DNA of 64,000 bases, from the NCBI GenBank assembly GCA_031417555.1, contig JANOVV010000046.1, positions 6,725 through 70,724 of the forward strand. Reading direction: 5' to 3'. Of this stretch, positions 59,994 through 64,000 are shown one piece after another. Made by a program: the position numbers and the translations under genes. This DNA is from Bacteroidota bacterium (lineage in GTDB: Bacteria; Bacteroidota; Bacteroidia; AKYH767-A; 2013-40CM-41-45). The notes under the pieces are model-generated. The model saw only the letters and a list, made by a program, of their open reading frames with translations, searched no databases and had not been told where the DNA came from. Position 1 is the stretch's first letter, and each line of letters begins with the position of its first letter.

Positions 59994-62900
59994 ATGAAAA
60001 CTTGTAAACCATTCAACAGTTTTTTAAAAAGTATTCTTTTTTGTTTTTTACTTTTAAATTTAGTTGCTAGTAAAGCACAACTATCAGGAACTTATCACAT
60101 TCCTTCTGATTATTCTACATTGGCAACGGCAATTGCAGATCTAAATTCTCAAGGTGTTTCTGCAGCAGTAACGATAGTTGTTGATGCGAGTAGTCCGCAA
60201 ACTGCCCCAGCCGGTGGTTATGTAATTGGAGGGGCTGGTTCTGCATTGCTTACTTCAACCAGTGCTGTGAATACAGTTACAATTAATGGCGGAGGAAATA
60301 TCGTTACAGCATTTACTCCACAAACAGTTGGAGCATTAAATGATGCTATTTTTAAATTAATAGGCGCCGATTATATAACTCTTACAGAGTTTATCATGAT
60401 TGAGAATTCTTCAAATACCGGGTCTACTGCAGCGGCCTCTCAAATCAGGACTGAATTTGGAGTTGCGCTTTTTTACGTGAGTACTGGAGATGGGGCAAGA
60501 AATAATACGATTAGTAATAATGACATTTCTCTTAGCAGAACGTATCAAAATTCATTTGGTATTTATAGCAGTGTTAGACATACAGACGCTGCACCAACTG
60601 TAGCTGCTGATATTACTGCTGCTTCAGGTTCGAATTCAAACTTACATGTTTATACCAATGCAATACATAACGTAAGTTATGGTGTTGCAAGTATTGGATC
60701 AGCTTCTCTTACTGCCGGACTTATGAACGACGGTACAGATATCGGTGGCAGTTCAGCTGCAACTGGAAATACAATTACAGACTGGGGAAATCCGGGAACA
60801 GCAATTTCTGCTTATGTGAGTATGACAACAACATCTTATCCTTGTGTTTATTCAATAAATGAATTCAATAATAATGTATCATTTAATTCAATGCTAAGTG
60901 CTAACCTTACACTTCCTGGTGCAGGTACATTGTATGGAGTATTTCAAACGTATACAGGTGTAAACGTGGCTCCTCAGCCGACAGGAACTTTTTTTACAAG
61001 AGTTAACAACAATACATTTACTCTTGTAAACTCTCCGATAGCATCTGCAACAGGCGCTATTGAGTGTGTACGTACTCAGAACCTTGGACCAGCTTCCGGT
61101 GCATCAATTTCTATCAGTAATAATACAGTTTCAGCGTGTAAAATTCTTGGAGCTAACGCTACATCAAACTTATTCCGTCCAATTATAAATATTTCTTCAC
61201 CCAATGTTTTAACCATTGATGGAAATATTATAAAAGACAATGAACTTAATACAACTACAGGACAATGTCAGTTGCTTAGAAATTCAAGTGATGTAATTAC
61301 AGATGTTTTTATCAGAAACAATAAATTAGGAATTGCACCATCAGGACCGGGAGTTTGTGTTACATGGACAAGAGCCAGCAGCGCCAATTTTTTCATGTTG
61401 ATTAATGGTCCGGGTGCAATTAATGCACAATCTACCGTTTATACTATTACAGGAAACGAACATACAGGATTTATTCAAGTTAATCATACAGGATTCCTTG
61501 TAGGTGCAAGTATTACTGTTGGTGGATCTGTAAACTATAATTTCAATACGTTTAATCTAAATCTTAAGAATTCATTTATTATTCGATTAATAAGTGAATC
61601 AGGTCAAAAGCCGAACTCAATTGCCAATTATCTGAATAATACAATTTCAATTGCCAACACTTCTGGTGGTGCTGCAATGGCAGAATTTTCTCTTTACCTG
61701 GATGCTTTTGATGTAACATCAAATCAAACTTCAGCATGGAATTTTTCGAACAACAATTGTTCGAATATTTCATTTGACGGAGTTGGTTCCGACTGGATTG
61801 GTGTTTATAGTGTTGCCGGAAATGGTAAGAAAAAAACTGCTTCCAACAATACATTCAATAACATTTCTTGTACAGCAAATGGTATTATTGAAAGCATCAT
61901 TCGTGTTGAAAGCGGATCTTCATTATTTGCAAATACGGTAAGTAATAATACTATTTCAAATATATCAAGTGCAGGTGGAAATATTACCGGTATATTATCT
62001 ACTGATTCAAATCTTACAGTTGTTGGAAATACAATCAGCAATTTGTCAACTTCAGGAGCTGTAGTAGTAGGTATAGATTTAGAAAATGGAACAGATGTTT
62101 TAGTACAGAAAAATAAAATCTGTGGATTAACATCAACCTTCAATGGATCTCCTGTTGTTGTGGCAGGTATTGTAGTAGGTACATTAAACAGTGCTGAAAT
62201 ATCAAATAATACTATTGGCGACTTACATGCAACTACTGCAGCAGGTACTTCAGTTTATGGAATACGTGCCGATACAATTACTACTTCATTAAAAGTGTAT
62301 TATAATACAGTTCATTTGAGTGGTACAAGTACCGGTGCCAATTGGAGTGCAAGCGACTTTGATGTTGCTCGTTCTCCGTATGAATTAAATAATAACATTT
62401 TTGTTAATACGTGTTCTCCAACAGGAACAGGTGTAGCAGCTGCTATCAGTACAACAGACGCTACTCTTGCTAATTTTGCAGTAACATCAGACAGAAATAA
62501 TTATTTTGCTTCAACAATCTTTACCAATGGTACAGGCCCGCTTACATTTGCATCTTTGGCCGCTTATCAGACGGGTGTTTCGCCTCGGGATTTTAATTCC
62601 TTTGCTCAAAACCCTCCATTTATCAGCACAACATGTTCTAATGTAAACTTCCTGCATTTGACAGCCGGAGCTACTACATCTATGGAAAGTAGTGGAGCAC
62701 CAATTGGTGGCATAACAACAGACATTGATGGCCAGGTAAGAAATGCTTCAACACCGGATATTGGTGCTGATGAATTTTCCGGGATTTCTCAACCATTTTG
62801 TACCGGTGTACCAACGTCGGGTTCAATCAATGGAATCGGAAATATATGTTCCGGATCCGGAACAACTTTAACATTAACAGGTGCATCAACAGATATTGGT

Positions 62901-64000
62901 ATTGTTTATCAATGGAATTCCGGAACAAATTCCGGCGGACCATATCCAAACGTTTTAGGAACAGGGACTTTTCAGGCAACAGGACCTTTGACAGTAACTA
63001 CTTATTATAAGGTTACAATAACCTGTACGCGTCCGGGTGGTTCTTCAGTAACAACGGGTGAAAAAGGGGTTTTCCTAATTTCTCTTCCTACAGTAACAGT
63101 TTCTCCCACCTCTGCTTTGATATGTCTTCCAGGTGGATCTCCTGCAGTATTAACTGCAGGCGGGGCTTCAACGTATACTTGGTCACCTTCACAAGGATTA
63201 TCGGCTACTACTGGTTCTGTTGTATCTGCCAATCCCATACTTACTACTTCTTATATTTTAACTGGCACAAACGTAAGCGGCTGCACAGATGATACTACGG
63301 TTATTATTTCTGTAAGTAATACACCAACAAATTTAATTGCAAGTGCAACGCCAACTTTGGTTTGTAACAATGGAACATCCACACTTGATGTTACAGCCGG
63401 ATTAACAATTCCTTCATATGCTTCATTGTATTCCTTAGCAGCATCAAGTGGTACTTTTACTCCTTTAACAGGAGCTGTGCATGTTCCGTCAATTGAAGCC
63501 GATGATGTAGCTGCATCTGTTCCTTTTGGATTTACATTTAGTTATGAAGGAAATTCTTATTCAAATGCATTTGCCAATTCAAATGGATTTTTATCTTTAA
63601 ATAATACCGGTGGCGGACAGAATAATAATTTGGCAACAGGCACAATCCGGCCTGTTATTGCTCCTCTTTGGGATGATTTAAGTGGCATTTCGTCAGCACC
63701 TGATTTAACTAAAGGAATCGCTTCTTATTTAACTACAGGATCCAATGGCTCCCACGTTTTTACTTTTGAATGGTTAAATTGGTATTGGGATTTTTCAGCG
63801 GTCGATTCATCAATATCATTTCAGGTAAAATTATACGAAGCAGATGGTCATATAGAATTTATCTACAGATCAGAGTCCGCAACTCCAACAAGTGCCAGTG
63901 CTTCCGTTGGTTTATCCAGTACATTATCCGGTAACTTTTTATCATTGAGTAATCTTTCTGTTTCTCCAGTTGTAAGTTCTGTTATTGAAACAAATACGAT
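59994..64000 (+). CDS. giant secreted surface protein (5' part) with right-handed beta-helix-like repeats, Cys-containing Ig-like repeats and a NIDO-like segment
   Basis: Hand translation from ATG 59994 (stop TAA 59979 upstream) gives the signal peptide MKTCKPFNSFLKSILFCFLLLNLVASKAQ. The frame then stays open for about 1330 codons rich in N/T/S/G/V. It is missing from the supplied ORF track. An apparent in-frame TGA at 63987 is followed by protein-like sequence in the next frame, so the real 3' end is uncertain. Confidence 0.7.
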   Translation, partial: MKTCKPFNSFLKSILFCFLLLNLVASKAQLSGTYHIPSDYSTLATAIADLNSQGVSAAVTIVVDASSPQTAPAGGYVIGGAGSALLTSTSAVNTVTINGGGNIVTAFTPQTVGALNDAIFKLIGADYITLTEFIMIENSSNTGSTAAASQIRTEFGVALFYVSTGDGARNNTISNNDISLSRTYQNSFGIYSSVRHTDAAPTVAADITAASGSNSNLHVYTNAIHNVSYGVASIGSASLTAGLMNDGTDIGGSSAATGNTITDWGNPGTAISAYVSMTTTSYPCVYSINEFNNNVSFNSMLSANLTLPGAGTLYGVFQTYTGVNVAPQPTGTFFTRVNNNTFTLVNSPIASATGAIECVRTQNLGPASGASISISNNTVSACKILGANATSNLFRPIINISSPNVLTIDGNIIKDNELNTTTGQCQLLRNSSDVITDVFIRNNKLGIAPSGPGVCVTWTRASSANFFMLINGPGAINAQSTVYTITGNEHTGFIQVNHTGFLVGASITVGGSVNYNFNTFNLNLKNSFIIRLISESGQKPNSIANYLNNTISIANTSGGAAMAEFSLYLDAFDVTSNQTSAWNFSNNNCSNISFDGVGSDWIGVYSVAGNGKKKTASNNTFNNISCTANGIIESIIRVESGSSLFANTVSNNTISNISSAGGNITGILSTDSNLTVVGNTISNLSTSGAVVVGIDLENGTDVLVQKNKICGLTSTFNGSPVVVAGIVVGTLNSAEISNNTIGDLHATTAAGTSVYGIRADTITTSLKVYYNTVHLSGTSTGANWSASDFDVARSPYELNNNIFVNTCSPTGTGVAAAISTTDATLANFAVTSDRNNYFASTIFTNGTGPLTFASLAAYQTGVSPRDFNSFAQNPPFISTTCSNVNFLHLTAGATTSMESSGAPIGGITTDIDGQVRNASTPDIGADEFSGISQPFCTGVPTSGSINGIGNICSGSGTTLTLTGASTDIGIVYQWNSGTNSGGPYPNVLGTGTFQATGPLTVTTYYKVTITCTRPGGSSVTTGEKGVFLISLPTVTVSPTSALICLPGGSPAVLTAGGASTYTWSPSQGLSATTGSVVSANPILTTSYILTGTNVSGCTDDTTVIISVSNTPTNLIASATPTLVCNNGTSTLDVTAGLTIPSYASLYSLAASSGTFTPLTGAVHVPSIEADDVAASVPFGFTFSYEGNSYSNAFANSNGFLSLNNTGGGQNNNLATGTIRPVIAPLWDDLSGISSAPDLTKGIASYLTTGSNGSHVFTFEWLNWYWDFSAVDSSISFQVKLYEADGHIEFIYRSESATPTSASASVGLSSTLSGNFLSLSNLSVSPVVSSVIETNT

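Overview
AT-rich chromosomal segment with Bacteroidota-type gene order. It has rpsL-rpsG-fusA without tuf, secY-map-infA-rpmJ without adk, TAnnTTTG-type promoter boxes, and a giant beta-helix surface protein. From left to right: (1) Housekeeping genes: mqnB-like fragment, queD, folE, a BI-1 family membrane protein, fabD, a GH3-family protein and a deoxynucleoside kinase. (2) An accessory patch at about 6.7-12 kb. Two ~394-nt, ~94% identical, highly self-complementary direct repeats bracket a single gene for a TM / YheO-like PAS / class III nucleotidyl cyclase protein. Next come a frameshifted ORF6N (KilA-N-like) gene, a small membrane protein, a flavin reductase and a hairpin-dense 450-nt spacer. 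(3) An ECF sigma/anti-sigma pair, tRNA-Leu(TAG), and tig-clpP-clpX interrupted by a HicB/HicA-like pair. (4) A cluster of secreted proteins and proteases. (5) The complete str-S10-spc-alpha ribosomal protein superoperon, rpsL to rplQ (25.2-44.2 kb). (6) carA. (7) A minus-strand nucleotide-sugar cluster at 46.2-56.6 kb: CpsB phosphatase, epimerases, rfbB, galE, a WbpA/B/D/E-like set, UXS and ugd. (8) pdhA plus the E2 acetyltransferase. (9) The 5' ~4 kb of a giant secreted beta-helix/Ig-like protein. Two observations stand out. The first is the structured 394-nt repeat pair flanking the cyclase gene. The second is a window-wide population of intergenic hairpins built from 7-nt periodic words (GTATCAR, TCTTGAT, GAAGATT, TAACNNN) and short perfect GC-rich palindromes between ribosomal protein cistrons. 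No CRISPR array, transposase, integrase, rRNA or recognisable defence operon is visible.
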